A stretch of 64,000 bases of DNA, taken from NCBI GenBank assembly GCA_965216755.1, contig CBDCGL010000011.1, forward strand, positions 1,472,001 to 1,536,000. The letters run 5' to 3'. The notes beneath the pieces were generated by a model, which was not told where the DNA came from, searched no databases, and saw only the letters and a list, made by a program, of their open reading frames with translations. The translations under genes were made by a program, and so were the position numbers. This document shows, one piece after another, positions 31,656 to 41,498 of this stretch. The stretch is from Alphaproteobacteria bacterium (GTDB lineage Bacteria > Pseudomonadota > Alphaproteobacteria > UBA7887). Every line of letters starts with the position of its first letter. Within the stretch, counting starts at the first letter, position 1.

Positions 31656-32333
31656 ATGATTGCCGTTGAATGGAAGATATCTGAAAGGTCAATAGGTTAC
31701 CCAGAAGCCGTTGAGGCCATGGAAGAACGCGTGGCGGCGATTTACGCCGGCCGGGCACAGGAATTGGCCTGGTTGCTTGAACATCCGCCGATCTATACCA
31801 AAGGTACCAGCGCCGACCTTTCCGAGCTTGTCGACGCCTCCCGTTTCCCCGTCTATGAAACCGGTCGTGGCGGCCGCTACACGTACCATGGTCCCGGCCA
31901 GCGCGTCGTCTACGTGATGCTTAACCTTGACCGGCCAGGCCGTGTCGGGCGCGGTCGAGACTTGCGTCGCTATGTTCGCAATTTGGAAGATTGGCTCATC
32001 CGAACGCTGGACGACTTTGGCATTCGCGGCCAGCGCCGAGCCGATCGAGTCGGTGTGTGGGTCATCCGCGGAGATGGATCGGAAGCCAAGATCGCCGCCA
32101 TCGGGGTCCGCGTGCGCCGCTGGGTGACCTTTCATGGAGTCTCGCTCAATGTCGAGCCGGACCTCGCGCATTATCGCGGCATTGTACCCTGTGGCGTGCG
32201 AGAACACGGCGTGACTTCGTTGGTTGACTTGGGCGTGCCGGTGACCATGACCGAGGTCGACGACCGCCTACGCGCGAATTTCGAGGCTGTCTTTGGGCCG
32301 ACTGCAGGCTGTTTGGCAATTCAAGTCGCCTAA
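31656..32333 (+). CDS. lipB: Lipoyl(octanoyl) transferase
   Basis: [40 protein letters not shown]. Confidence 0.95.
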   Translation: MIAVEWKISERSIGYPEAVEAMEERVAAIYAGRAQELAWLLEHPPIYTKGTSADLSELVDASRFPVYETGRGGRYTYHGPGQRVVYVMLNLDRPGRVGRGRDLRRYVRNLEDWLIRTLDDFGIRGQRRADRVGVWVIRGDGSEAKIAAIGVRVRRWVTFHGVSLNVEPDLAHYRGIVPCGVREHGVTSLVDLGVPVTMTEVDDRLRANFEAVFGPTAGCLAIQVA

Positions 32334-32428
32334 ACATCACACTTTGGACGAATCCAGCCCAATCTGAATCGCCGCAGCGGCGATTGCGCATCATATCCAA
32401 GCAAGGCCCCTCACCCACTTGTTTGAGC

Positions 32429-33850
32429 ATGACCGCAGCAATCGCCGATCGTGAGTATTTGCTGGCCCTGCGCAGCGCCCGTGCGGGTCAAAAACCGGAA
32501 GCCGAGCGGCTATGCCGGGCGGCGATCGCCCATGCGCCGCGGCATGGCCGCGCTCTGCGTCTGCTCGGCACGTTGGTCGGCGACCGCGGCGATTGCGCGG
32601 AAGCGCTAGCGTTATTGCGGGCCGCCGTAGCGGCCGCGCCGTACCTGCCAGAGGGCCATTTCAGTTTGGGCAATGCCCTGCTCAATCTGGACCAGGTCGT
32701 CGAGGCCGCAGACTGCTTCAAAGCGGCTTTGGATATCGACCCCAATCACATCGGCGCGCTGATCAATTTGGCCAGCGCGCTCAAAGCGCTATGCATTTGG
32801 GACGAAGCCCAGCGCGCAGCTTTGCGGGCGATCGCGCTTCGTCCCAAAGACGCTGCGTTGCGTTACAACCTTGGCAACGTTCTACACGTCATGGGCCGCC
32901 CAGCCGAAGCCGCCGCCGCGTTTCGCGACGCAGTCTCTTTGAACCCGATCAACGCCAAATATCACTACAATTTGGCCATCGCGTTGCGGGACGCAGATCA
33001 TAGGGAAGAGGCCGCGCTGGCGTGCGAGAATGCGCTCTCGCTGCGCCCGGACTTGGACGACGCAGTCTATGTCTTGGGCACAACGCTGTTTGACGAGAAA
33101 GATCCGGCGCGCTTCGAAGCCGCCTTGCAACGCCACGTCAATCGCGCGCCCAATGCCGCCCTGGCCCATTTCTACTTGGGGCTGGTCCGCGACCAAATCG
33201 GCCATCGTGAGGCTGCTGCCGGCCATTTCGCTCGCCTGACCGAATATGACCCCGACGAGGACTATCGCTTGGCCAGCTGGCGCTACGCCGTGACACACAG
33301 CACTGGCCGCACCCGCTTGCTGGCGGATGGTCGCGATGCGTTTCGACTCGGTCTAGCGGCTGCCCGTTCCGACGGATTTATTCTGGAGTTTGGAGTTCGG
33401 AACGGCGCCTCGATTCGCCATATCGCTAGCCTTACCTCCGATACCGTCCACGGCTTTGATTCATTTGTCGGCCTGCCCGAGCAATGGGGCGACAACCCCA
33501 GCGGCGTCTATACGGTCCACGGCCAAACACCGCCGCTGCCCGATAACGTGCAACTTCATGTCGGTTGGTTCGCGGAAACCCTGCCCCAATTTGTCGACAA
33601 CTTTGCCGGACCGATCCGCTTTCTGCATATCGATTGCGACATTTACAGCTCCACGCGCACGGTCTTCATCCATGTCGCCGGGCGCGTGGGGCCGGGTACC
33701 GTAATCTTGTTCGACGAATATCTCATGAATCCGGGCTGGCAGGGCGACGAACACCGGGCTCTTACCGAGGCCGCCGCCGAAAATGGCTGGTCGTACGAAT
33801 ATCTCGCATTCAATCTTTTCACCCAGCAAGCCCTCGTCAAACTTAAGTAG
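32429..33850 (+). CDS. TPR-repeat protein fused to a TylF/Methyltransf_24-like SAM-dependent methyltransferase
   Basis: Several TPRs (NLGNVL, YNLAIAL), then LEFGVRNG, HGFDSFVGLPE, LHIDCDIYSS, ILFDEY. Confidence 0.85.
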   Translation: MTAAIADREYLLALRSARAGQKPEAERLCRAAIAHAPRHGRALRLLGTLVGDRGDCAEALALLRAAVAAAPYLPEGHFSLGNALLNLDQVVEAADCFKAALDIDPNHIGALINLASALKALCIWDEAQRAALRAIALRPKDAALRYNLGNVLHVMGRPAEAAAAFRDAVSLNPINAKYHYNLAIALRDADHREEAALACENALSLRPDLDDAVYVLGTTLFDEKDPARFEAALQRHVNRAPNAALAHFYLGLVRDQIGHREAAAGHFARLTEYDPDEDYRLASWRYAVTHSTGRTRLLADGRDAFRLGLAAARSDGFILEFGVRNGASIRHIASLTSDTVHGFDSFVGLPEQWGDNPSGVYTVHGQTPPLPDNVQLHVGWFAETLPQFVDNFAGPIRFLHIDCDIYSSTRTVFIHVAGRVGPGTVILFDEYLMNPGWQGDEHRALTEAAAENGWSYEYLAFNLFTQQALVKLK

Positions 33851-34087
33851 AATCGAGTTTGGTGGCCGGCTTCGGTTCGGCTGTTGCAAACTCCCAAGAC
33901 TAAGAATCTACTTTGTCTGAATGCCACGATCACCAAATGTGTCGTCGCTGAGAATGGTGACACGTGCTCTCCGAGCCACTTGCGCAGGAACTCGGCAGCA
34001 CGCAGCCTGCGGATGGTCGCCGCCCACCGGTCGGGTTAAGATTGCCCCATCTTTCGATCCATGACAGCGCCAGCGGAGGCAATTGCT

Positions 34088-34978
34088 ATGGCAGCCATCG
34101 GATTCATCGGCATTGGCAAAATGGGCGCACCAATGGTGCGAAATCTCCTTAGAGCCGGCCATGCGGTCAAAGCGTACGACCACTCTGAAGACGCGCGTAA
34201 TCTTGCCATCCAGCTCGGCGCCCAGGAGGCACGCTCCGCCGCCGACGCGGCAACCGACGTCGCGTACGTGATCACGATGCTGCCGGTGGGCGCCAACGTA
34301 CGCGCGGTATACCTGGACGATGGCGTGCTGGATGCCGCATCCGACGGGACTCTGTTGATCGATTCCTCAACCATCGACGTCGAAACGGCAAGCGTTGTGC
34401 ACGAGGCCGCGGCGAAATCCAACCTTGCTATGCTCGACGCGCCGGTATCAGGCGGCACCATGGGCGCCGAAGCGGCCACCCTCACCTTCATGTGCGGCGG
34501 CGAAAAATCAGCATTCGACAAGGCCAAGCCCATCTTGGCGGATATGGGCCGAAATATCGTCCATTGCGGCGGCCCCGGCATGGGTCAAGCGACTAAGATC
34601 TGCAACAATATGGTTGCCGGAGTCTCTGTTCTGGTCCTCTCCGAAGCCTTCATTATGGGCGAGAAACTCGGTGTCGACCGCCAGATCCTGTTTGACGTGC
34701 TGTCCACATCGAGCGCCGATTGTTGGGCGTTACGCAATGTCTGCCCGTTGCCGGGGCCGGTGCCAAACGCCCCGGCCGGGCGCGACTATGAACCAGGTTT
34801 CTCGGCAGCACTCATGCTGAAGGATTTGCGCTTGGCGCAATCGGCTGCCCAAATGGCCGGTACGTCGACCCCTCTGGGGGCCGTGGCAGCCGCCGTTTAC
34901 GCGCTTCACGTCAACAGCGGCAGCGGCTCGCTGGACATGTCGAGTATTGTCAGACTGATCGAGGGCGCGAATTCGTAA
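34088..34978 (+). CDS. mmsB: 3-hydroxyisobutyrate dehydrogenase
   Basis: GFIGIGKMG, DAPVSGG, GQATKICNN, CPLPGPVP, LMLKDLRLA; GGAGG RBS before ATG 34088. Confidence 0.9.
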   Translation: MAAIGFIGIGKMGAPMVRNLLRAGHAVKAYDHSEDARNLAIQLGAQEARSAADAATDVAYVITMLPVGANVRAVYLDDGVLDAASDGTLLIDSSTIDVETASVVHEAAAKSNLAMLDAPVSGGTMGAEAATLTFMCGGEKSAFDKAKPILADMGRNIVHCGGPGMGQATKICNNMVAGVSVLVLSEAFIMGEKLGVDRQILFDVLSTSSADCWALRNVCPLPGPVPNAPAGRDYEPGFSAALMLKDLRLAQSAAQMAGTSTPLGAVAAAVYALHVNSGSGSLDMSSIVRLIEGANS

Positions 34979-35012
34979 TCAAAAGTATCCGGTACCGGGC
35001 GAGGTTGTATTT

Positions 35013-35810
35013 ATGATTAAGCTTTATACGCATCCGCAATCACCTTGCGCCCAAAAGGTGCGCATCGTTCTCAAAGAAAAGGAATTGACTTGGGAGCCGG
35101 TTCACGTTGATTTGCCGAACAAGGAGAACTTGCGTCCGGAATATTTAAAGTTGAATCCGCTCGGCGTTGTCCCGACGCTGGTCCATGACGACAAGCCGGT
35201 GATCGAATCGTCGATCATCTGTGAGTTTCTCGATGACCTGGCGCCTGCGCCGCCCCTGCGGCCAGCCGACCCACACCTCACAGCACAAATGCGGTTTTGG
35301 ATGAAACATATTGATACAAAACTGCATCCGTCCTGTGGTGCGCTGCAATGGCCGCTGGTCATGCGCCCCGGTTTGATGGCCAAGAACGAAGACGAACGTG
35401 AGGCCTTGCTGGCCAAGATCCCGGAGAAGCCGAGACGCGAACGACAAAGACGGCTGGTCAAGATGGGACTCGATGCGCCGGACGTCGCCGACGCCGTCGG
35501 CGTCTACCGGGGCACCGTGATTGATATGGAGAACGCGTTGGCGGGCGCAGGCCCATGGCTTCTAGGTGTAGAGTTTTCGTTAGCTGACTGTGCAATGGCC
35601 CCCTATTTTCAGACGCTAGTCCAATTTGGTTGGCAGGCCCTCTACGCGGATGATTGTCGGCACGTAGCCGGATGGGTTGATCGGATGATGAGCCGTCCCT
35701 CGTACCAAGTTGGCGTCGCAGCAGACCTCGGTCCCGACCTGCGGGCTGATCTTTTGGCCAAAGGTGAACCGGCTTGGCCGAAGATTGCCCAGCATTTGGC
35801 GGCCGCATAG
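35013..35810 (+). CDS. Glutathione S-transferase family protein
   Basis: SPCAQKVR, LNPLGVVPTL, ESSIICEFLD, FSLADCA. Confidence 0.9.
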   Translation: MIKLYTHPQSPCAQKVRIVLKEKELTWEPVHVDLPNKENLRPEYLKLNPLGVVPTLVHDDKPVIESSIICEFLDDLAPAPPLRPADPHLTAQMRFWMKHIDTKLHPSCGALQWPLVMRPGLMAKNEDEREALLAKIPEKPRRERQRRLVKMGLDAPDVADAVGVYRGTVIDMENALAGAGPWLLGVEFSLADCAMAPYFQTLVQFGWQALYADDCRHVAGWVDRMMSRPSYQVGVAADLGPDLRADLLAKGEPAWPKIAQHLAAA

Positions 35811-35822
35811 CGCCAGAATCTC

Positions 35823-37301
35823 ATGGCGAGACCAGAGGATGCAACAAGAGGATCCGATATGAGCGATCACCGGAATCACGACCGACCTTTCTGGCAATGG
35901 AGCGCCTGTGACCTTGCCACTGCCATAAGTTGCCGGGACATCAGTTGTGTCGACGTGATGACAAGCGTCGTCGCGCGCCTCCGCGCCACGAATGACGAAA
36001 TCAATGCTGTTGTTGATGACCTGAGCGAAGAGGCAATGCGGCAAGCAGCGGCGCACGATCAGGTGCTTGCCGACACGGGTCCCATCGGCCCCCTTCACGG
36101 GGTACCTGTAACGATCAAAGAAAACGTCGATCAAAAGGATCGTGCCACACCCAACGGCGTTACGGCGTTCAAGGACGTGATCGCGCCTGATGACTCACCG
36201 ATCGTGCGCAATTTCACGAACGCCGGCGCCATTGTCATCGGCCGAACGAACACGCCGGAGTTTTCGTTTCGCGCTACCACGGTCAACGAATTGCACGGCC
36301 GCACGTTCAACCCGTGGAACAACGAAGCGTCGGCCGGCGGCTCTTCGGGCGGCGCCGCGTCCGGCGCCATGATGGGCTACGCGCCCCTCGCCCACGGCAA
36401 CGATATCGGCGGCAGCCTGCGGTTTCCGGCTTACGCATGCGGTGCCTGCACGGTGAAACCAGGGTTGGGCCGGACACCGGCCTATAATCCCTCGGCCGCG
36501 GTCGAAAGGGGACTGCTGGCACAGATCATGTCCGTGCAGGGTGTCATCGCTCGCGAAGTGAAAGACGTGCGACTGGCAATGCGGTCGTTGGTCAGCTATG
36601 ACCCGCACGATCCCTGGATGGTGCCGATGCCGTTTGAGGGACCGCGGCCGGAGGGTCCGGTCAAGGTCGCATTCACCAAGAATACGTTTGAGTTCGAGCT
36701 TCATCCGGCAGTGTCGAAGGCACTGGACACCGCGCGCGAAGCATTGGCTGACGCGGGCTATGAGATCCACGTTGTCGCACCACCGCTGTTGCGCGAAGTC
36801 GCAGAAGCTGGCGCCAAATGTTTGTTCGGCGAAGTCAAGGCACTGCTGGATAAGGATGTTCGCAAGTATGGCAGCAGTACATTGAACGACATCTTCGATG
36901 GCTATTACGCGTATTTTGCGCCTCATGAAGGCAACGAACTCTTGACCGCCCTTGCCGAACGGGCGCGCTTTGTGCGCGCGTGGACCGTGTTCCTGCAGGA
37001 CTATCCGCTGGTCTTGACACCGTTCTTGCCGGCCCCGACGTTCGCTTGGGATCGCGACGCGCAGGGCGCCGAAGGTATTCGGGAAGTCCTCGGTAGCGCG
37101 CTCTACAGCTACTCGATGAATTTCATGGGCTTGCCGGCGGGAAACGTCCCAGCCGACCACAATGACGGACTACCTGTTGGCGTGCAGATTGTCGGTCAGA
37201 GATTTCGCGAAGACCTTATCTTGGATGCCGCCGAAGCGATCGAATCCCGGGTCGGAATCATGGCGCATCGCTTGTGGGCGCGTGCCCCAAGCGACCCATA
37301 A
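35823..37301 (+). CDS. Amidase signature family protein
   Basis: GVPVTIKEN, GRTNTPEFS, GGSSGGA, DIGGSLRFPA; start 35823 or 35859. Confidence 0.92.
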   Translation: MARPEDATRGSDMSDHRNHDRPFWQWSACDLATAISCRDISCVDVMTSVVARLRATNDEINAVVDDLSEEAMRQAAAHDQVLADTGPIGPLHGVPVTIKENVDQKDRATPNGVTAFKDVIAPDDSPIVRNFTNAGAIVIGRTNTPEFSFRATTVNELHGRTFNPWNNEASAGGSSGGAASGAMMGYAPLAHGNDIGGSLRFPAYACGACTVKPGLGRTPAYNPSAAVERGLLAQIMSVQGVIAREVKDVRLAMRSLVSYDPHDPWMVPMPFEGPRPEGPVKVAFTKNTFEFELHPAVSKALDTAREALADAGYEIHVVAPPLLREVAEAGAKCLFGEVKALLDKDVRKYGSSTLNDIFDGYYAYFAPHEGNELLTALAERARFVRAWTVFLQDYPLVLTPFLPAPTFAWDRDAQGAEGIREVLGSALYSYSMNFMGLPAGNVPADHNDGLPVGVQIVGQRFREDLILDAAEAIESRVGIMAHRLWARAPSDP

Positions 37302-37307
37302 AACGGA

Positions 37308-38255
37308 CTATGGGCAGGGTGGCGGCGCGGATTCGTCGTATTTGCGGAACAGTTGGAACACCGCACGCTGATATTCACGATCGATCCCGAACAGATTCGT
37401 AAATCGGTCAGGCATCTCTAGCGCAAGTGTTTCCGCAGGTGAGTCACCCATGCGGTAAGAACACGCGACCCGAGCTTCCAAAAATGCCAAATAGTCCGAC
37501 ATACCGTCCAGGACCGCACGATCGGTAACCAATGGGCCATGCCCCGGGATCATCCGCTGCCAGTCCCATTTGGCCAACGTCACCAGTTGTCCCAACCATG
37601 TTTGAACATCCCCGTGGGGCACGGTGGGTACGCGCCCATTAAAGACCAAATCGCCGGCAAACAGAGTCTGGGTCGCATTGTCGAAAACAACCAAATCGCC
37701 GGGTGTGTGACCGCCTTCGAAGACCTCGATTTCAACCAGGCGCTCACCGAGATCGATGGCTACAGCCTCGGTAATGGGGTTTGTCGGCGCGCCGATTGTT
37801 GTTCCTTCCGTCCATGCGGCGCCAACCAGCTCTGTCACGAAATCGAGAAGGATGACGCCGTCACGGGTCAACATGGAAGCCGCATCCGGATGCATGATGA
37901 CGTCGTAACCGCGTTCGACAAACACCGGAATGCCGAACGAATGATCCTGGTGGTGATGGCTGACAACGACGGCCACAATTGGTAACTCGGTCACCCGCTG
38001 AATGGCGGCCAACATCTGTTCGGCATAACGACGGGTTGTGCCGGTATCAACGACAAGCACCGCCTCTGTCCCAACAATGAATCCGGCATTCGCGATATTG
38101 CCGCCGTTGCTTGGCAAGAGCGCCGCTTGTTCACCCCAAAATGTGAATAGGCCGGGCGCCGTCTCAAACGGTGTAAGGCCGTAATCCGCTGCAGACGCCG
38201 CCGTCGCGGCGAAGACCAGGGCGGCGGCGCAGGCATATCGGCACAGCAGCGACAT
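37308..38255 (-). CDS. SoxH-like MBL-fold metallohydrolase (quinoprotein relay system type)
   Basis: Signal peptide, NGGNIANAGFIVG, VDTG, SHHHQDHSFG, GHTPGD, FAGDLVF, IPGHG. Confidence 0.82.
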   Translation of the reverse strand: MSLLCRYACAAALVFAATAASAADYGLTPFETAPGLFTFWGEQAALLPSNGGNIANAGFIVGTEAVLVVDTGTTRRYAEQMLAAIQRVTELPIVAVVVSHHHQDHSFGIPVFVERGYDVIMHPDAASMLTRDGVILLDFVTELVGAAWTEGTTIGAPTNPITEAVAIDLGERLVEIEVFEGGHTPGDLVVFDNATQTLFAGDLVFNGRVPTVPHGDVQTWLGQLVTLAKWDWQRMIPGHGPLVTDRAVLDGMSDYLAFLEARVACSYRMGDSPAETLALEMPDRFTNLFGIDREYQRAVFQLFRKYDESAPPPCP

Positions 38256-38260
38256 TTCGC

Positions 38261-39046
38261 TTACATTTTGGCCGGAGTGCCATCCAGAATAAATGACATG
38301 CCGTCAGTATCTTCCGCAGAAATGCGTACACTTTGCTGAGTCTCGGGAATGTCAAACATAAAGACCGGATCCGCGGCCACCGAGGCCCACAGCACCATAC
38401 TGGCAAGGCCCCCAAATTCGTCGCTCACCGACAGTCGCTCGATATATTGAGCCGGAATGACATCGCCCGCCGCGTCGAGCACCAAACCGGTATGCATGGG
38501 ATGGCCGATCTTTACCTTGAGACGACTATCGCCATCGGCGCGCACGAATTGCCGCATGGCTATTTCCCCGCGACCCGCGCCGCCGCCCGCGCCGTCGGGT
38601 GCCGAACAGCCACCCGGCGTCATGACTTGGACCTGTTTGTGCACGATATGCCACAGTCCATCCGCATCCATGATTGCGGCTCGCACCGGCGTTGATTCTT
38701 CAAGTCGAATGTCAAAGCCAACAGCCTTAAACGGACGTTGCGGGTAAATCCGGGCCACTGTCGGAAATGGGTTGTTTTCAGCAAACAACGCAATCTCGGC
38801 AACTTCGTAAGGCGTGTCGGCAAAATTCATGACGACCGGAACGCTGAATGCTTCCTCGACTTGGTCCGGGACGACAAGATAAATGCTCTCGTCATAAACA
38901 ACGTCCGCGCCCTCGAATTCCATCTCCAAGATGCCCCGCCACATTTCGGAATTGAGCGGATCGCTTCGAGACTCAGCCACGCCTTGTGGCGCATAGAGTG
39001 CGACAGCCATGACGGTAAACATGGCACACAAAGTCAATCGTAACAT
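38261..39046 (-). CDS. Fused SoxY-SoxZ-like carrier protein (quinoprotein dehydrogenase-associated type)
   Basis: Signal peptide, DPLNSEMW, ENNPFP, IRLEESTPVRAA, GGCSAP carrier motif, HPMHTGL, SVAADP. Confidence 0.85.
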   Translation of the reverse strand: MLRLTLCAMFTVMAVALYAPQGVAESRSDPLNSEMWRGILEMEFEGADVVYDESIYLVVPDQVEEAFSVPVVMNFADTPYEVAEIALFAENNPFPTVARIYPQRPFKAVGFDIRLEESTPVRAAIMDADGLWHIVHKQVQVMTPGGCSAPDGAGGGAGRGEIAMRQFVRADGDSRLKVKIGHPMHTGLVLDAAGDVIPAQYIERLSVSDEFGGLASMVLWASVAADPVFMFDIPETQQSVRISAEDTDGMSFILDGTPAKM

Positions 39047-39216
39047 CCGCAAGGCTCCTTGACACTCTTCTCTAAATTTGGGCGCATGCAACTATGGATT
39101 CGATCAGCCGATTATTGAAGCGATTTATTGTCCATTACCGACGTATGTCTAACCAAATCTCTACACAATTTGTAAAACAGCATCCACACGCAAAAGTTGT
39201 GGAGACACGAACCGGC

Positions 39217-39999
39217 CTACTCCGTTTGCCGATCGAGATCCGAGAACATTCGACGCGGCGGCAACGCTTCGAGCACTGATGCTCTTTTCTCGACGAATCC
39301 GGGCGCCCGATGCACGGCTATGCCCGCTTCGTCGGCGGTCGATGTCCGCAGAATCCGACCCAAATTGTGAATTCGCGGCCGCGTTTCACCGCATCGGCTG
39401 ATCACGATGTCGTCAGCCCACCATTCCACAACATCGCTCGACACGCCAGCGCGATTCAATTCATCGTTGAGCTCGAAATAGTGTTGTACGTGTGCACCGG
39501 TCACCGCGTAGATCTCATGAAGAATATCGACCGAAAGATCGGCTTCCTGATGCCAAGTCGCGCGGTCGGTGCCAACCAATCCGTGCGGGATAGAGGGATC
39601 TTCGATGAGACGCTTGAACAAGCGCGCGATTTGGCCGGGGAATATGCACAGATCATCGTCTATCACTAAAATGTAGTCGGCCACTGCGCCAATGGCCGTA
39701 TCCCATCGTTTGCCGGCACCCGCCCGTGTTTCTTGAGAAATAACCGAGATCCGCCGATCTCCGATCCCAAGATGATCTTCAACTGTCAAATCCGGATTGT
39801 GGTTTGAAATGATGATGCGGTCGACAAACGCGCAACGACGAAGGGCGCGGATCTGCGGCGTAAGGTTTCGTGCCCGAACAGCATGGAAAACCGGCAGCAC
39901 GACTGTCAGCCGTTCCGGACGCGGTATCGACACGCGCCATGGCCATCGGCCAGCCAGCGCGAATGCTGCGCGCCGACAACCCCTTCGCGCTTTCGCCAT
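39217..39999 (-). CDS. Putative GT-A fold glycosyltransferase
   Basis: LTVVLPVF, RIIISNHNP, YILVIDDD (DxD), late ADDIVIS; start uncertain (39999-40134). Confidence 0.65.
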   Translation of the reverse strand: MAKARRGCRRAAFALAGRWPWRVSIPRPERLTVVLPVFHAVRARNLTPQIRALRRCAFVDRIIISNHNPDLTVEDHLGIGDRRISVISQETRAGAGKRWDTAIGAVADYILVIDDDLCIFPGQIARLFKRLIEDPSIPHGLVGTDRATWHQEADLSVDILHEIYAVTGAHVQHYFELNDELNRAGVSSDVVEWWADDIVISRCGETRPRIHNLGRILRTSTADEAGIAVHRAPGFVEKRASVLEALPPRRMFSDLDRQTE

Positions 40000-40565
40000 G
40001 GTCCGCCGCGCGCCACTCACTTCTTCTTGCTCGCCTGTTTCACGCGCGCCTGAAAAAGCACTTCTCGCCGGATTGACGCCGACTTCGCCTGCAATCTGAT
40101 CATGTAGCGGCGCCCGCACCTCAACCATCGGCACCGAAAATCACGCGACGACATGGCCCTGTTTCCGGCGTGACACAATCTGATGAAATCTTGAGGCTTC
40201 GCACATGGACATAACTATTGGTCGGCGCCACGACCCCTCCATTGATTGCCCGAACATGAGCGCGCGAGCATTTTTCCCAGGCGCACGACTTTGGCGGGCG
40301 GCATGCTACCAGGAACATAACGCATTGGTGAACTGCGTTGATTGTATGTCGGCAGAAATGATCGATCCGGGGCATGCGCTAATATCAACCAATAGTCGCC
40401 GCGCACGCGCGCCGCCCGATCGGCTTCACATGCAGTGATGTTCTTCGGTCGAACTGGGCGTTGGACAGAATAGGCCCGACCCGCAACCCAAATTCAAGCA
40501 CCCAAAGGCGTTTGTTAACCTTTTTCGATCTTCAATCGCCTGCACGATTGAAAGAGGTTTGACCC

Positions 40566-41324
40566 ATGCCACTTCGGGCGAAGCGACCGTACCTGCTGGC
40601 ACTATGGCTGGCAACGTGGATGACCGCCGGCTGCGCGCCCTCGGCACAGCAGCATGCTCCGAGCGCGGCGCCGATCGATCACACATTCGCGGGCGCAGCC
40701 CTCACCACTCAGACCGATCGCGCATCCGCGGGTGCAGCCCTCACCGCTCAGATTGATCGCATCATGCGGCAGGCGACCGTGCGCGTTGCCCATTCGGTGG
40801 GCCACGGGACGGGCGTAATCGTATCTAACCGCCACGTCGTTACCGCTTGGCATGTCGTAAATGAGGGCTCGATCGAAGTCGCCTTTTTTGCCGGGGAGGC
40901 AAAACCGGCCACCGTGGTTTGGACGGATGAGGACCTTGACCTCGCGGTGCTGTCGGTCAACGTTCCCGACCGTTATATGCCCTCGCACGTAAATTGCCAC
41001 GCGCCGCGCCCACGGCGGCAGCATCTGACGGCTGTCGGCCATCCGTCTGATGCCGGTTGGGTCGCCATCGCGGGATATGTTGACGAATTGGAACCAATTG
41101 GCACAGGCCCATTTCTCGAAATGGCTCTGCCGATCGGCCTGGGTGCGTCCGGTGGACCGGTCTTCGACGAAGATGGCGACCTGATCGGCATCGTATCGGC
41201 CATTCTGGTCGAACAGCATGTCTTGGACGCGATGGAAACGGCTTTCCCCGGCCTGACGCCCGCCTACGGCACGGGCGTGATGATTCCGACTGCATCATTC
41301 TGCGATGTCCTGGGGCAGATCTGA
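40566..41324 (+). CDS. Trypsin-like (S1C) serine protease, probable lipoprotein, no PDZ domain
   Basis: Lipobox-like TAGC, GTGV, VTAWHV, DLAVL, GASGGPVFD; GAGG RBS. Confidence 0.85.
   Translation: MPLRAKRPYLLALWLATWMTAGCAPSAQQHAPSAAPIDHTFAGAALTTQTDRASAGAALTAQIDRIMRQATVRVAHSVGHGTGVIVSNRHVVTAWHVVNEGSIEVAFFAGEAKPATVVWTDEDLDLAVLSVNVPDRYMPSHVNCHAPRPRRQHLTAVGHPSDAGWVAIAGYVDELEPIGTGPFLEMALPIGLGASGGPVFDEDGDLIGIVSAILVEQHVLDAMETAFPGLTPAYGTGVMIPTASFCDVLGQI
40688..40760 (+). repeat. In-frame tandem duplication with 39-bp period in the protease linker
   Basis: CGCGGGCGCAGCCCTCACCACTCAGACCGATCGC / CGCGGGTGCAGCCCTCACCGCTCAGATTGATCGC encoding AGAALTTQTDR / AGAALTAQIDR. Confidence 0.85.
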
Positions 41325-41363
41325 TAGCGCGTGCTTTGCGATCGCAAAACCATCGGCGGTGCG

Positions 41364-41417
41364 AAAAAAAAGAACCGCGGCTCTCCTGCCCAAAGATTGG
41401 TACCCAGGAGAACCGCG
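41364..41417 (-). terminator. Intrinsic terminator downstream of the PG-binding lipoprotein gene
   Basis: Minus strand CGCGGTTCTCCTG...CAGGAGAGCCGCG stem followed by GTTC and a T8 run. Confidence 0.75.
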
Positions 41418-41498
41418 CAAATATTCCTGGCCGATCTGTATGAAATCGGCTCGGTCGCCTATGGCGTCGCGCGCAGAAAAATGCGCGCGATAAGCGCC

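Noticed and set aside
33930-33963. TCACCA...TGGTGACAC as a fourth copy of the palindromic element
   Set aside because: Only a 6-7 bp match and in the opposite orientation; likely chance
38261-39046. Evidence for Sox thiosulfate oxidation
   Set aside because: The protein is the fused type with internal GGCSAP rather than C-terminal GGCGG, and no soxABX/CD genes are in the window
40135-40565. Small ORFs or ncRNA in the GT-protease intergenic region
   Set aside because: The short ORFs lack motifs, and I recognised no riboswitch or terminated hairpin
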